A DNA stretch of 64,000 nt from a virus. Lineage: Duplodnaviria; Caudoviricetes. The first letter of the stretch is position 1. Each line of letters starts with the position of its first letter. Shown here one piece after another: positions 55,432 through 63,709 of this stretch. Location: positions 21,079 through 85,078 of the IMG/VR virus record IMGVR_UViG_3300021256_000008; one strand, given 5' to 3'. Made by a program: the position numbers and the translations under genes. Below the pieces are notes generated by a model. It searched no databases and was not told the origin of the DNA. It saw only the letters and a list, made by a program, of their open reading frames with translations.

Positions 55432-56016
55432 TCACGGACTATTTATCTCCTTCGGCAGCGGAATTGAATTATAGTGCTTGCCAGTTTTCTTTATCTGATT
55501 TTTAATATATGCATTTTTAAAGAATCCATCTTTATAAAGCGTTAGAGGCTCAATAACATAATAGAAATTATCGTCTATCTCATAAATAACAAACGTTCGA
55601 TCGTTAAACTCAGCATTCAGATCGACGACAATTATTTCATCACCAACACGAAGTTCCTGTTCTTCCTTATCTTTTTCAGCCTTCCATTTATTTACCTTAT
55701 CGATAATTTCTTCCGGTGATTTATTTATAATAATCTTTTCTGCATATACGGAACCAAATAATTTACGCATATCCGAAACCGGCATTAATGGGACTCTGCC
55801 ACAAGGTGCAAAGAGACAGCGTATGGCGTCATACAGATCCTGAATTCCTTTATTATAAACTTCATCAATCTTCGACTGCCAGTCCGTCTCTTCCTCTTCT
55901 TTTTCCTGAAGCTCTTTCAGCTTTACATTAATTTGATAATTTTCAATATTTATATGACTAATTAAATTTCCTATTTTCGGTAGGAGTTCTTTCCATTCAG
56001 CATTAATATCATTCAC
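55432..56016 (-). CDS. Hypothetical protein (coiled coil plus SH3-like VGD...KTG tail), 194 aa
   Basis: LRVGDEI...KKTGKHY motif shared with 56747-57049. Confidence 0.6.
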   Translation of the reverse strand: MNDINAEWKELLPKIGNLISHINIENYQINVKLKELQEKEEEETDWQSKIDEVYNKGIQDLYDAIRCLFAPCGRVPLMPVSDMRKLFGSVYAEKIIINKSPEEIIDKVNKWKAEKDKEEQELRVGDEIIVVDLNAEFNDRTFVIYEIDDNFYYVIEPLTLYKDGFFKNAYIKNQIKKTGKHYNSIPLPKEINSP

Positions 56017-56018
56017 GA

Positions 56019-56648
56019 TTATTCCTCCTTAAATCTCAAATAATAGTTTTTAGCAAAACTCGCAATTGTCTCAGCTCCAAGGTCTCCTGTTCCATCGTAC
56101 AAATATCCAATGCGTCTTCCGATACGATATGGATCGTCAAGCTCTGTAATTTCGTTCCAGAGTCTTTCATTCTCCATCATACTCTCAAATATAAACGCGC
56201 ATTGGACTTCTGCGTCTGCAATAGATTCACCATTTTCTTGTACGAAATCATAGAAATGTTCCAGATACTTAACGTCTGACCATTGCCCAAGTCCGAATCC
56301 GCCATAGTGGACATTAACTTTTCTTATGAATTCGTCTTTTGTTGATCCGTCTTTTAGTCCTAAATCAATTTTTTCAACGAATTCTTGGCAAATATCAGTT
56401 ACGCCCTTTGCGTGATTTCTCTGAGGCCACCCTGCTATAGCATCGGATCTCATCTGGCTTTCTCGAAAGAAATATCCCATGATTCCCGCTGTAATGGCGT
56501 CACTCGGAGAATATTTACTTAGTTCTTCCCAAACAAGTTCTTCGGAAGTCTCGGACTTATACTCAGTTGCAACTCCATGAGCAGCACACGGTTCCAGAGC
56601 AAATATCACGATTAAGAATGCTGATAACATTTCTACTAACTTTTTCAT
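56019..56648 (-). CDS. Secreted phage-tail-type lysozyme, 209 aa
   Basis: Signal peptide (MKK-hydrophobic-CAA); AGIMG...RES; GFGLGQWS; homologous by eye to the endolysin N-terminal domain. Confidence 0.7.
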   Translation of the reverse strand: MKKLVEMLSAFLIVIFALEPCAAHGVATEYKSETSEELVWEELSKYSPSDAITAGIMGYFFRESQMRSDAIAGWPQRNHAKGVTDICQEFVEKIDLGLKDGSTKDEFIRKVNVHYGGFGLGQWSDVKYLEHFYDFVQENGESIADAEVQCAFIFESMMENERLWNEITELDDPYRIGRRIGYLYDGTGDLGAETIASFAKNYYLRFKEE

Positions 56649-56746
56649 AGATTTATACCTCCAAAATTAAAAGAACCTGCTCACGGTACTATGAACAGGT
56701 CCAGTCCTATTATGATTTTATCCAGTTACGACTCGTTTATTTGATA

Positions 56747-57049
56747 CTAGAAATTTATACTATAGTGCTTTCCGGTTTTTTGATAACTGTTAATATCATT
56801 TGTAAATTGCATTCCACCATCGTCAAGGCTGCATAACACGATATAACACCCATTTCTACCTAAATAGATAAGCTTTTTGTTATAGTTTTTGCTGTTCTTA
56901 TTAATGCAGATGATTTCATCGCCGACCCAAAAATCATCCTGTGGAAAAGCTTCATTAATAGCCGTATATACATCCTGAAGCGCTGTATTATAGTCTTCTT
57001 CAGCTTGTCGAAGCCTGCACATCGCGTCATTAAATTTCTCGTAGTTCAT
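56747..57049 (-). CDS. Hypothetical protein, 100 aa
   Basis: WVGDEII...QKTGKHY. Confidence 0.6.
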   Translation of the reverse strand: MNYEKFNDAMCRLRQAEEDYNTALQDVYTAINEAFPQDDFWVGDEIICINKNSKNYNKKLIYLGRNGCYIVLCSLDDGGMQFTNDINSYQKTGKHYSINF

Positions 57050-57327
57050 GTTAGCCCTTCCTCTTTCTTCAGCTGACTAAGCTCTTTTTCAAGTGCAATA
57101 ATCCGCTCCTGCCTCTGAATATCGCAGCTGATCAGCTCGGTTAAAGCGATATTAAACTTTTCAGAGATCTTAACTGCTCTATCCAAATCAATCGGAGTTT
57201 CTCTGCGAAACATTGTCGCCAAATATCCACGACGAAAGCCCAGCTCTTCTTCAAAATCCTGGATTCTGATTCCCTGTTTTTTACAGAAATATTGAGCGTT
57301 CGAAATAAGAATCTGTGATGGAGTCAT
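57046..57327 (-). CDS. XRE-family helix-turn-helix protein, 93 aa
   Basis: GI.I.DFEEELGF.RGYLA...ISEKFNIAL.ELI plus a C-terminal coiled coil. Confidence 0.7.
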   Translation of the reverse strand: MTPSQILISNAQYFCKKQGIRIQDFEEELGFRRGYLATMFRRETPIDLDRAVKISEKFNIALTELISCDIQRQERIIALEKELSQLKKEEGLT

Positions 57328-57340
57328 TGAAAGTCAAGAC

Positions 57341-57793
57341 CTACCTTTCAACAGCTACTGGACGAAGGATTTTTTTCTCCAGTATACGTTCTGTAAATTT
57401 ACTCACAGCCCAGTCGTCCATTACGTAATCAATAGCCAATTCCCGATAAGTAAAAAAGTGAATTCCATTTGCGCATATGAACGGTTGATCTTCGAAGCGA
57501 TCCGGATAAACAATTTCTCCAGGACGATAGCAAAAGTTTGGATCAAAAAGTGAAAACGCCGAATCTAAGTGTTCTTGAGTCACTTTTACAATTGGTGCAT
57601 CTAGAAGATCCGAGACAATAGCTATTTTATTAATTTTCAGAACCCTGGCGACATTAGATCGAGTCTTATAACCAGTGCTACAGTATTTTACTCCAGGGTA
57701 TCTTTCTGGAACCTCAAGTTCAATTAGAGCATAACAAAGGCGAAGATCACCATTGTCGTCAGTTTCACTAAATCCAATCTTATAGCCTTTCAA
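57341..57793 (-). CDS. DUF5758-like protein, 150 aa
   Basis: ELEVP, K.R...ARV, S.FD.NF.Y..GE.V....F, C..GIHFF..R..A..Y. Confidence 0.6.
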   Translation of the reverse strand: MKGYKIGFSETDDNGDLRLCYALIELEVPERYPGVKYCSTGYKTRSNVARVLKINKIAIVSDLLDAPIVKVTQEHLDSAFSLFDPNFCYRPGEIVYPDRFEDQPFICANGIHFFTYRELAIDYVMDDWAVSKFTERILEKKILRPVAVER

Positions 57794-58068
57794 AAGTCAA
57801 TTCCTTTCTTTTCAATCACCCAAGAATCGTCACGGAATATCACGTCACTGAAAGTCCGTTCCTGTACGCCGATTCCATGATACATATACTTACACTTAAT
57901 AAAATATCCGGTTTCGGCAGGAGTTACCTCAACAACTTCCAACCGATCCGGAATTGTCATAGTCTTATGTTTGCGATAAATGCGGTCACCAGGTTTAACC
58001 TTGCATCTCGGCTTCATAAAGTCCTCAACCGAAATTTCATTTGCAGCAACAGTTTTCATTTCGTCCAT
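57790..58068 (-). CDS. Hypothetical protein, 92 aa
   Basis: Coupled stop/start overlaps within the operon. Confidence 0.6.
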   Translation of the reverse strand: MDEMKTVAANEISVEDFMKPRCKVKPGDRIYRKHKTMTIPDRLEVVEVTPAETGYFIKCKYMYHGIGVQERTFSDVIFRDDSWVIEKKGIDF

Positions 58069-58070
58069 GA

Positions 58071-58490
58071 TTATTTTTCAGTCTCCTTTAGTTGTCTTAT
58101 GAAAGAATTAAAAAGTACTATACCCGGTCTTTCGAAGTTAATTAGAAATGCGATGTCCTGATATGTAGCGCTATAGCTTATGCACCCTTTGGCAATACCA
58201 ATCAGGCGGCAGTATGCTTCGGCCTCATTGCGGCGAATCCATGGAAAGTGCATCAGCCATTTCTTAAATGTCTTACGGGACATTTTCTTATGAGGTAGTA
58301 TTAGTGTGCCTGAAAATGTAGTAGTTGTATTGTTCAGGTAGTGCAAAGTCATTTTGTTCGAAGTTTCTATTTCGACCGGTTCTTCTTCAATAAGAAACGG
58401 CTCTATGAATTCAATCGGCTCACCATAAGTTCCATCAGAATTTATAGCTCGTAATGTCATCTGCTTACCATGAAATTCTCTAGGCGGCAT
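58071..58490 (-). CDS. Hypothetical protein, 139 aa
   Basis: Operon-coupled ORF. Confidence 0.55.
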   Translation of the reverse strand: MPPREFHGKQMTLRAINSDGTYGEPIEFIEPFLIEEEPVEIETSNKMTLHYLNNTTTTFSGTLILPHKKMSRKTFKKWLMHFPWIRRNEAEAYCRLIGIAKGCISYSATYQDIAFLINFERPGIVLFNSFIRQLKETEK

Positions 58491-58710
58491 ATCGTTCCTC
58501 CATAAGAAGTGTTCTTCTTCCGCCTGGCTCTTTTACCCAGAGTTCTTTACGAAAATATATAGTATTTAATTCTGTATTTTTAAATGCTCTTTCGGCAGCA
58601 ACGCGGTCTGTCCAACTATCTTCCCAGAGATCTGAAATATAACCTGTTGGCTCTCCAGGGCATACTTTCGTAAGTGTAAGCACATAGATCATTTGGTTTC
58701 TACCTCCCAA
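58480..58710 (-). CDS. Hypothetical protein, ~70 aa
   Basis: Operon-coupled ORF. Confidence 0.5.
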   Translation of the reverse strand: MGGRNQMIYVLTLTKVCPGEPTGYISDLWEDSWTDRVAAERAFKNTELNTIYFRKELWVKEPGGRRTLLMEERYAA

Positions 58711-58931
58711 TAATAACTCGGTCCGCAGTCTTCTCGCCTCTCCTGAAATATAAACCTTTCTGGATGATTCTCAGGATCATCACAGGCTCCATACTTTGCG
58801 CATTCTGGCTTGAGTGTGTGAGAGCATAGATCATCTGTTGCGGCGACAGGATCCTCACGAAAAATACAATATGGATGTAAGTAACAGTCCATACCCTCGC
58901 CTTTACAAATATAAATAATGTCAGGTTTCAT
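58689..58931 (-). CDS. Small Cys-rich protein, 80 aa
   Basis: Multiple Cys/His residues; overlaps neighbours by ATGA. Confidence 0.55.
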   Translation of the reverse strand: MKPDIIYICKGEGMDCYLHPYCIFREDPVAATDDLCSHTLKPECAKYGACDDPENHPERFIFQERREDCGPSYYWEVETK

Positions 58932-59122
58932 TCTTCCTCAACTTTCCCAGGACAATTGTCCGATCTTTTTGTTAATCCGTCTTTCGCTAAAATATCAAGC
59001 GTTGGATCGATTGCACAGCGAAGTTTAAGAGGCCCGTATCCAGTAGAGATGCGAACCTCTTTGAAAGGGCACGAAATACAGTTTTCAGGAGTCGGGATCG
59101 AAAAGTGAAATATCATAATCAA
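58928..59122 (-). CDS. Small Cys-rich protein, 64 aa
   Basis: P.NC.SCP...C...R..NCP, similar to the N-terminus of 54628-55272. Confidence 0.55.
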   Translation of the reverse strand: MIMIFHFSIPTPENCISCPFKEVRISTGYGPLKLRCAIDPTLDILAKDGLTKRSDNCPGKVEEE

Positions 59123-59328
59123 GCCTCTGGAAATTTACCGTCATAAAGTGAATACACTACATGACAAGCTATTCTGGCAACCTCGTCAGCTGAAATGCTA
59201 GTGTGCTTGTCATTTAACATCTCAACATTAGTCGGTTCTTTCAGTATGTCGTCGATTTCCTTTCCACTTTTCATACCAAATATCACGTTCTCAACAAGAT
59301 GCTCAGCGTTACTCATTTTGCCTCCCAA
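59119..59328 (-). CDS. Hypothetical protein, ~66 aa
   Basis: Operon-coupled ORF. Confidence 0.5.
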   Translation of the reverse strand: MGGKMSNAEHLVENVIFGMKSGKEIDDILKEPTNVEMLNDKHTSISADEVARIACHVVYSLYDGKFPEA

Positions 59329-59495
59329 TATTCCGGCTTCTCAGTTCCTTCGCGCATGGCGTTCTCGGCTTCAAGGCAGGTGGCGCAAGGTTCCTGAGCC
59401 TCGAATGAAAAGCTCTCTTTTGGGAACTTATGCGCATAGTGTTTGCAGCTCTCGCACCACTTATCGAAACGAACTTCTTTTAAATCACTTTCCAT
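59313..59495 (-). CDS. Small zinc-binding-type protein
   Basis: KEV.FDKWC.SCKH...PC..CL...P..WE; start moved to MESDL. Confidence 0.6.
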   Translation of the reverse strand: MESDLKEVRFDKWCESCKHYAHKFPKESFSFEAQEPCATCLEAENAMREGTEKPEYWEAK

Positions 59496-59748
59496 AGTTT
59501 TCAATCTCCTCACGTAATTCTTCGGCTGCGACGACCAGAATCTCATCGAAGCTTAGCTTCGAGGACCGATAAATCTCATATGTAATGTAATGCTGAGCAG
59601 CGGTCCCGGTCGATCTCTTCGAATAATCGCGAATCTGAATCTTGATGTCTCCGTATGGTCCCTGCTCAATACTCACTACAGCATCCTTATGTGTGCTTGT
59701 ATAGTTAAGCAGCCATTCAGCAAATGTTTGGATCTTTTGTTCGTCCAT
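59485..59748 (-). CDS. Hypothetical protein, 87 aa
   Basis: SD GAGGAGG. Confidence 0.6.
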   Translation of the reverse strand: MDEQKIQTFAEWLLNYTSTHKDAVVSIEQGPYGDIKIQIRDYSKRSTGTAAQHYITYEIYRSSKLSFDEILVVAAEELREEIENYGK

Positions 59749-60025
59749 CGGATTCCTCCTCGTATTTTAGGCATACGGTCTTAAAATCGGTATCTGTTTC
59801 TACAATATCAAAGTAGTCACAATTAACGCAATTCATAATTTCCGGATAGAATTTGCATTTGTTCTTTGTTCGCTTTTGATTTGCGAAAAGAGATTCTGGA
59901 ACACAATAATAGCAATGTTTATTTTTATCGTTTGGATCTTTAGGCCAGTCAACACATTCTTCATCGCAAGGTTCCATGCCGGTAATAACTTTTACTTCAA
60001 ATCTATTTTCTTTTTTGCTATCCAT
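59717..60025 (-). CDS. Cys-rich hypothetical protein, 102 aa
   Basis: CxxC pairs. Confidence 0.5.
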   Translation of the reverse strand: MDSKKENRFEVKVITGMEPCDEECVDWPKDPNDKNKHCYYCVPESLFANQKRTKNKCKFYPEIMNCVNCDYFDIVETDTDFKTVCLKYEEESDGRTKDPNIC

Positions 60026-60164
60026 AATTTGATAATTTCACTTTTTCAGAATAATCTCAACGCCAACGCCATTCATGGTATAGAAGCACTGGTTCTTTTC
60101 AAGTGTTTTCAGGTCCTGTGTCGGAAAACTCGGATTAATACACTTAAGGACCGTGTTAATCTGA

Positions 60165-60368
60165 TCAACGGTCCCGATTACGATCATGTTTTGTGTTTCT
60201 GTCATCTTTTAATATCTCCTTTATATCTTCTAATTCAGCGTATATTGTGATACACCATGCACAAATTGTCGCTCCTGTCATATAATCATTTGGAATAATA
60301 CCATCAAGGCATAAAATGAATATAGCAAGAGCTCCGATTCGAAGGATAAAACCAATTATGCTGTCCAT
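60165..60368 (-). CDS. Small two-TM membrane protein, 67 aa
   Basis: Two hydrophobic helices; SD GAGGTGAG. Confidence 0.55.
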   Translation of the reverse strand: MDSIIGFILRIGALAIFILCLDGIIPNDYMTGATICAWCITIYAELEDIKEILKDDRNTKHDRNRDR

Positions 60369-60736
60369 GTCTCACCTCAAAAATATCAACCAAAATGGAA
60401 CCCAGTAAATTGCGCCAAGAATCAGAAATGTAAGTGTGCTGTAAACAACATTCACCTGGGCCTTATGTTCACCGCTCCACTGAAGTCCCATTTGAAGAAA
60501 AAACCAAAGCCCTAAAATTAGGCCGGCGAAAAAATATTTCATGTGATTACTCCCTTAGTCTACCGAATAATCCATTGCGAGAGTCAGAGCTGTAGAGCTA
60601 TCCATTCCGAGTTTCCTCAATTCTGCTAAAATAGCATCTCGCTGTTTTTTGTCTTTGTTATGAAGTGCCTTTGCCAGTTTGTAAATATAAGTTTCTAATT
60701 CTCCCATACGGCAGAGTCTCCTTTTTTATTTTATTA

Positions 60737-60970
60737 TTAATAAGTTCGCTTTACATCTCGGCGATCGAAGTCTCTCCAGTCGTCAAAGAACTCTTTCATG
60801 AGTTTATTGTACTTTTCACTGCATGTCGGACAAAGAAGTCTGGAGCTTTCCATGTCACGACTTGCTTCTGAATAAACAATATTCCAGCCTTCTGCTTCTC
60901 CGATTTTCTCGAAAAATGAAGTTGTTCCACACCGATCGCAAATATAATATTTTCCGAGCTTAGTTGACAT
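60737..60970 (-). CDS. Zinc-ribbon protein, 77 aa
   Basis: CDRC...LCP.C. Confidence 0.6.
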   Translation of the reverse strand: MSTKLGKYYICDRCGTTSFFEKIGEAEGWNIVYSEASRDMESSRLLCPTCSEKYNKLMKEFFDDWRDFDRRDVKRTY

Positions 60971-61346
60971 TGGATTTCTCCTGCTCTTCCGTTAACGCTT
61001 CAATCTCGAAGTCAATAAACTGCTTCGCCTTTTTAAGATCCTGAATTATGTCATCTTTTCTGCCGGCTCTTGAAATATACTTTACCGCTGATCCGAGATT
61101 AAAGTTCAGATTCCAGTCGCGAATTACATCTTTTGGTTCATATTTACGGCCATCTACGTAATGCGAAGGATGGCTGATGGTAGCATTTCTATCTGAAGCT
61201 TTAATAATCTGACGATCATAATGGTATTTACAAAGAATTTGTTCATTCTTCAGCAAGTTATCTGCCTCGATACATCTTTTCCCATAAACGTTCGGGGCAC
61301 TTTCATTCGTGCAAACAGTATCATGGTCAAAAACACACCAGCTCAT
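60960..61346 (-). CDS. DUF3310 (SaV-like, nucleotide-kinase-associated) protein, 128 aa
   Basis: HPSHY, F.LG.AVKYI.RAGRK, DL.KA. Confidence 0.75.
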   Translation of the reverse strand: MSWCVFDHDTVCTNESAPNVYGKRCIEADNLLKNEQILCKYHYDRQIIKASDRNATISHPSHYVDGRKYEPKDVIRDWNLNFNLGSAVKYISRAGRKDDIIQDLKKAKQFIDFEIEALTEEQEKSNVN

Positions 61347-61382
61347 TTCTCATTCCTCCAATCGCAAAATTCTTCGAACCAT

Positions 61383-62000
61383 TCATTCCAAATGATCCCG
61401 AGAAGTATTAGAGTTTTCTTCCACCACGGGAACATCCAAGCTAGTTTCTTCCACTCCAGCCATCTGTTCCAGCGATGAACTAGTTTCTTCATCGTCGCAG
61501 CCCTCCTTTTTTCGTATTTGTAAAATATAATCACGAAGATCATAATCGATTGACCTAGGGCAATAGATCGGAAAATTCTGTTCAGTCATATGTAACATAT
61601 TCTTATTCCAATATCGTATAGCTCCCTCAAATGCGCGAAAATCTTTGTCGAGATTTGTTTCGTTATAGCGCTTCATTAACCTAATACCCCAGGCTTCTTT
61701 CATATCTGCTCTTGGACAAAATATAACGACTGGAGGGCAAAAATAATTGGATTTCATATCTTTTATTTCTTTTAATTTATTTTGAACCGCCACATGGCAG
61801 CTAAGCAGTACAGTAAATCCTTGTCGAGCAATGTCAAATGCTAGCTTACAATATCTAGTTACCCAATCCTCGTCACAGAACGCAAACCCTTCCTCATCAC
61901 GTGAAAAATAGCTGCTCTCCAGATCGATACAGTTATTCCAGCCTGCAATAGAACTCTTACCGATTCCTGGATATCCGCAAACAATAAGACCTTTTTTCAT
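61383..62000 (-). CDS. P-loop NTPase/kinase, 205 aa
   Basis: CGYPGIGKS Walker A at the N-terminus, IDLESS. Confidence 0.7.
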   Translation of the reverse strand: MKKGLIVCGYPGIGKSSIAGWNNCIDLESSYFSRDEEGFAFCDEDWVTRYCKLAFDIARQGFTVLLSCHVAVQNKLKEIKDMKSNYFCPPVVIFCPRADMKEAWGIRLMKRYNETNLDKDFRAFEGAIRYWNKNMLHMTEQNFPIYCPRSIDYDLRDYILQIRKKEGCDDEETSSSLEQMAGVEETSLDVPVVEENSNTSRDHLE

Positions 62001-62296
62001 TAAATTCCTCCTAGTCTTGCTCTCTGTCCTCTATGATAAGCAACCTTTACCGGATCATTCTTACGATTTTCAGCTTTATCGAAGTAATATAATACACTTA
62101 CATGGCTCTTACATTCCGGGCAGTCCACCATCTGCATTCCGTCCTCTGCAAGATGCGTATGCCTGAAATCAAGACAAATCGGGTATCCGCAGAAATGACA
62201 CTTTACAATATCATTCTCATAGAGCGATTTTGTGATATGTTGTCCGCCTTCGACAATATCTCGAACAATTGGAAACTGAACTTTAACTTTTGGCAT
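62000..62296 (-). CDS. Zinc-ribbon protein, 98 aa
   Basis: C.FCG...CPEC. Confidence 0.6.
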   Translation of the reverse strand: MPKVKVQFPIVRDIVEGGQHITKSLYENDIVKCHFCGYPICLDFRHTHLAEDGMQMVDCPECKSHVSVLYYFDKAENRKNDPVKVAYHRGQRARLGGI

Positions 62297-62307
62297 AACA
62301 ATTCTCC

Positions 62308-62559
62308 TTAAATAAATGTTACTTCTGTTCGATGATTGGGATATGCGTGAAAGACCAATGTTTTTCCTGAAATTTGACGAATATAATCTTCACATGCTTC
62401 TTCAAACGTCTGACCTCTTCCAAATGTGCCGACTAGAAACATTCCGTCTTTAGTTTCGCAATCTTGAAAATGAACTCCTATTCCGGACTCATTATGATTT
62501 TCCCATCGAAAAACATCTAAATGCTTGCCGGTATTAAGTAATCTTTCCAAAGCTGTCAT
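62308..62559 (-). CDS. Hypothetical protein, 83 aa
   Basis: G.G.TFEEAC..Y...I.GK. Confidence 0.6.
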   Translation of the reverse strand: MTALERLLNTGKHLDVFRWENHNESGIGVHFQDCETKDGMFLVGTFGRGQTFEEACEDYIRQISGKTLVFHAYPNHRTEVTFI

Positions 62560-62578
62560 TTATAGTTCCTTTCTATTC

Positions 62579-62776
62579 TTAGTCCAGTAACCTAAACATT
62601 TTGTGACAGTTTGGGCAAATATAAATGTCTTCCATACCTTCAACTTTCTTGATGCCATCATGCTCATAAATGCAGTCGTGTGCCTCAACACCATAGCTGC
62701 AGTGAGGGCATGTGTACCATTCCTCCCCATGAAAGAATGCTCCGGGCCTTGCAGACTGTATTCTATATGATTCCAT
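62579..62776 (-). CDS. Zinc-ribbon protein, 65 aa
   Basis: CPHC...CPNC; SD AAGGAGG. Confidence 0.6.
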   Translation of the reverse strand: MESYRIQSARPGAFFHGEEWYTCPHCSYGVEAHDCIYEHDGIKKVEGMEDIYICPNCHKMFRLLD

Positions 62777-62791
62777 TGTTCTACCTCCTTG

Positions 62792-62824
62792 AAAAAAAAA
62801 GAAGAGGAACTGTTAGTCCCTCTC
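62792..62824 (-). terminator. Terminator hairpin containing TAACAG
   Basis: GAGGGACT-AAC-AGTTCCTC-ttcTTTTTTTTT. Confidence 0.75.
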
Positions 62825-63052
62825 ATTAACCGCTGCTTCGTAGTAATCAAAACATTCTTTAGCCGTTTCGAATGTGCCTCTGACCGTGGTAACAACTTGC
62901 GAATAATCTTTTTCATTATTGCACGCTTTTGCTTCCTCGTCTTCAGCTTTCTCAAGACGTTCCAGATATGGCTCAACTACTTCATCAAAGCAATCATTTA
63001 ATTCCTTAATGATTTTAAGTTTCTCTTCTTTTGTCATAATACTTTCCTCCAT
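62813..63052 (-). CDS. Small helical-hairpin protein, 79 aa (paralog of 51718-51939)
   Basis: MTKEEKLKIIKELND; duplicated leader sequence. Confidence 0.65.
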   Translation of the reverse strand: MEESIMTKEEKLKIIKELNDCFDEVVEPYLERLEKAEDEEAKACNNEKDYSQVVTTVRGTFETAKECFDYYEAAVNERD

Positions 63053-63076
63053 TTAATTAATGTCAGATTTCTCTGC

Positions 63077-63101
63077 ATTATAGGAGCTGTAATTATTGCG
63101 A
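63077..63101 (-). promoter_or_regulatory. Phage promoter motif, copy 13
   Basis: TCGCAA-TAATTACAGCTCC-TATAAT. Confidence 0.75.
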
Positions 63102-63314
63102 TTCTTCCATATGCCTCTCTTTACAATATTTCTTTGCTTCTTCCACTATCCGGACATTATCCTCGTGAAAATATCCACCGGCTTTTTCAATAGCGAAGAT
63201 GATCTCTTCAATGGCCTCATCGGTGTTTCCTTCTCTCAGGAAACGAAGTGCATTATTGAGTAGATCGCACGAAGGATACCTTCCGAATAATGTGTTTTTC
63301 TTCTTTATGTTCAT
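63093..63314 (-). CDS. Hypothetical protein, 73 aa
   Basis: Operon-coupled; its last codons overlap promoter copy 13. Confidence 0.55.
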   Translation of the reverse strand: MNIKKKNTLFGRYPSCDLLNNALRFLREGNTDEAIEEIIFAIEKAGGYFHEDNVRIVEEAKKYCKERHMEESQ

Positions 63315-63709
63315 TCTGATATACCTCTTAGCGCTTTTTCAAACTGATCTTCACCGATCCGTTCCTTAATCTTCCAACAGTCGGTGCAAAGATAAACGTT
63401 CTTCCATTTCCGCAGAGGCGATCTTTTACTGGCTCCGCAGCAAATACAGAAAACTCGTGCTTTTGTCCTAGGGTCTGTTTTCTTATATATACCATCGAGC
63501 ATTTTCTGAAATGATTCCTCTGCGAATTCGCACGTATAGCATGAATCAGAATACGCCATATTGCATTCTCCACAGGTTTCAAATGGACATACCGGTGATT
63601 TTTCCTGAGCGTCTACTGAAATATGCCGTTCTACATAATGCCGAAACACATCATTTACGAAATCATCAGTAAGTTTATGAGTATTAAAGTTTATGCCAGC
63701 GTTCTCCAT
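63311..63709 (-). CDS. Cys-rich hypothetical protein
   Basis: Several CxxC motifs; start moved to MENAG (SD GAGGAGGG). Confidence 0.55.
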   Translation of the reverse strand: MENAGINFNTHKLTDDFVNDVFRHYVERHISVDAQEKSPVCPFETCGECNMAYSDSCYTCEFAEESFQKMLDGIYKKTDPRTKARVFCICCGASKRSPLRKWKNVYLCTDCWKIKERIGEDQFEKALRGISE

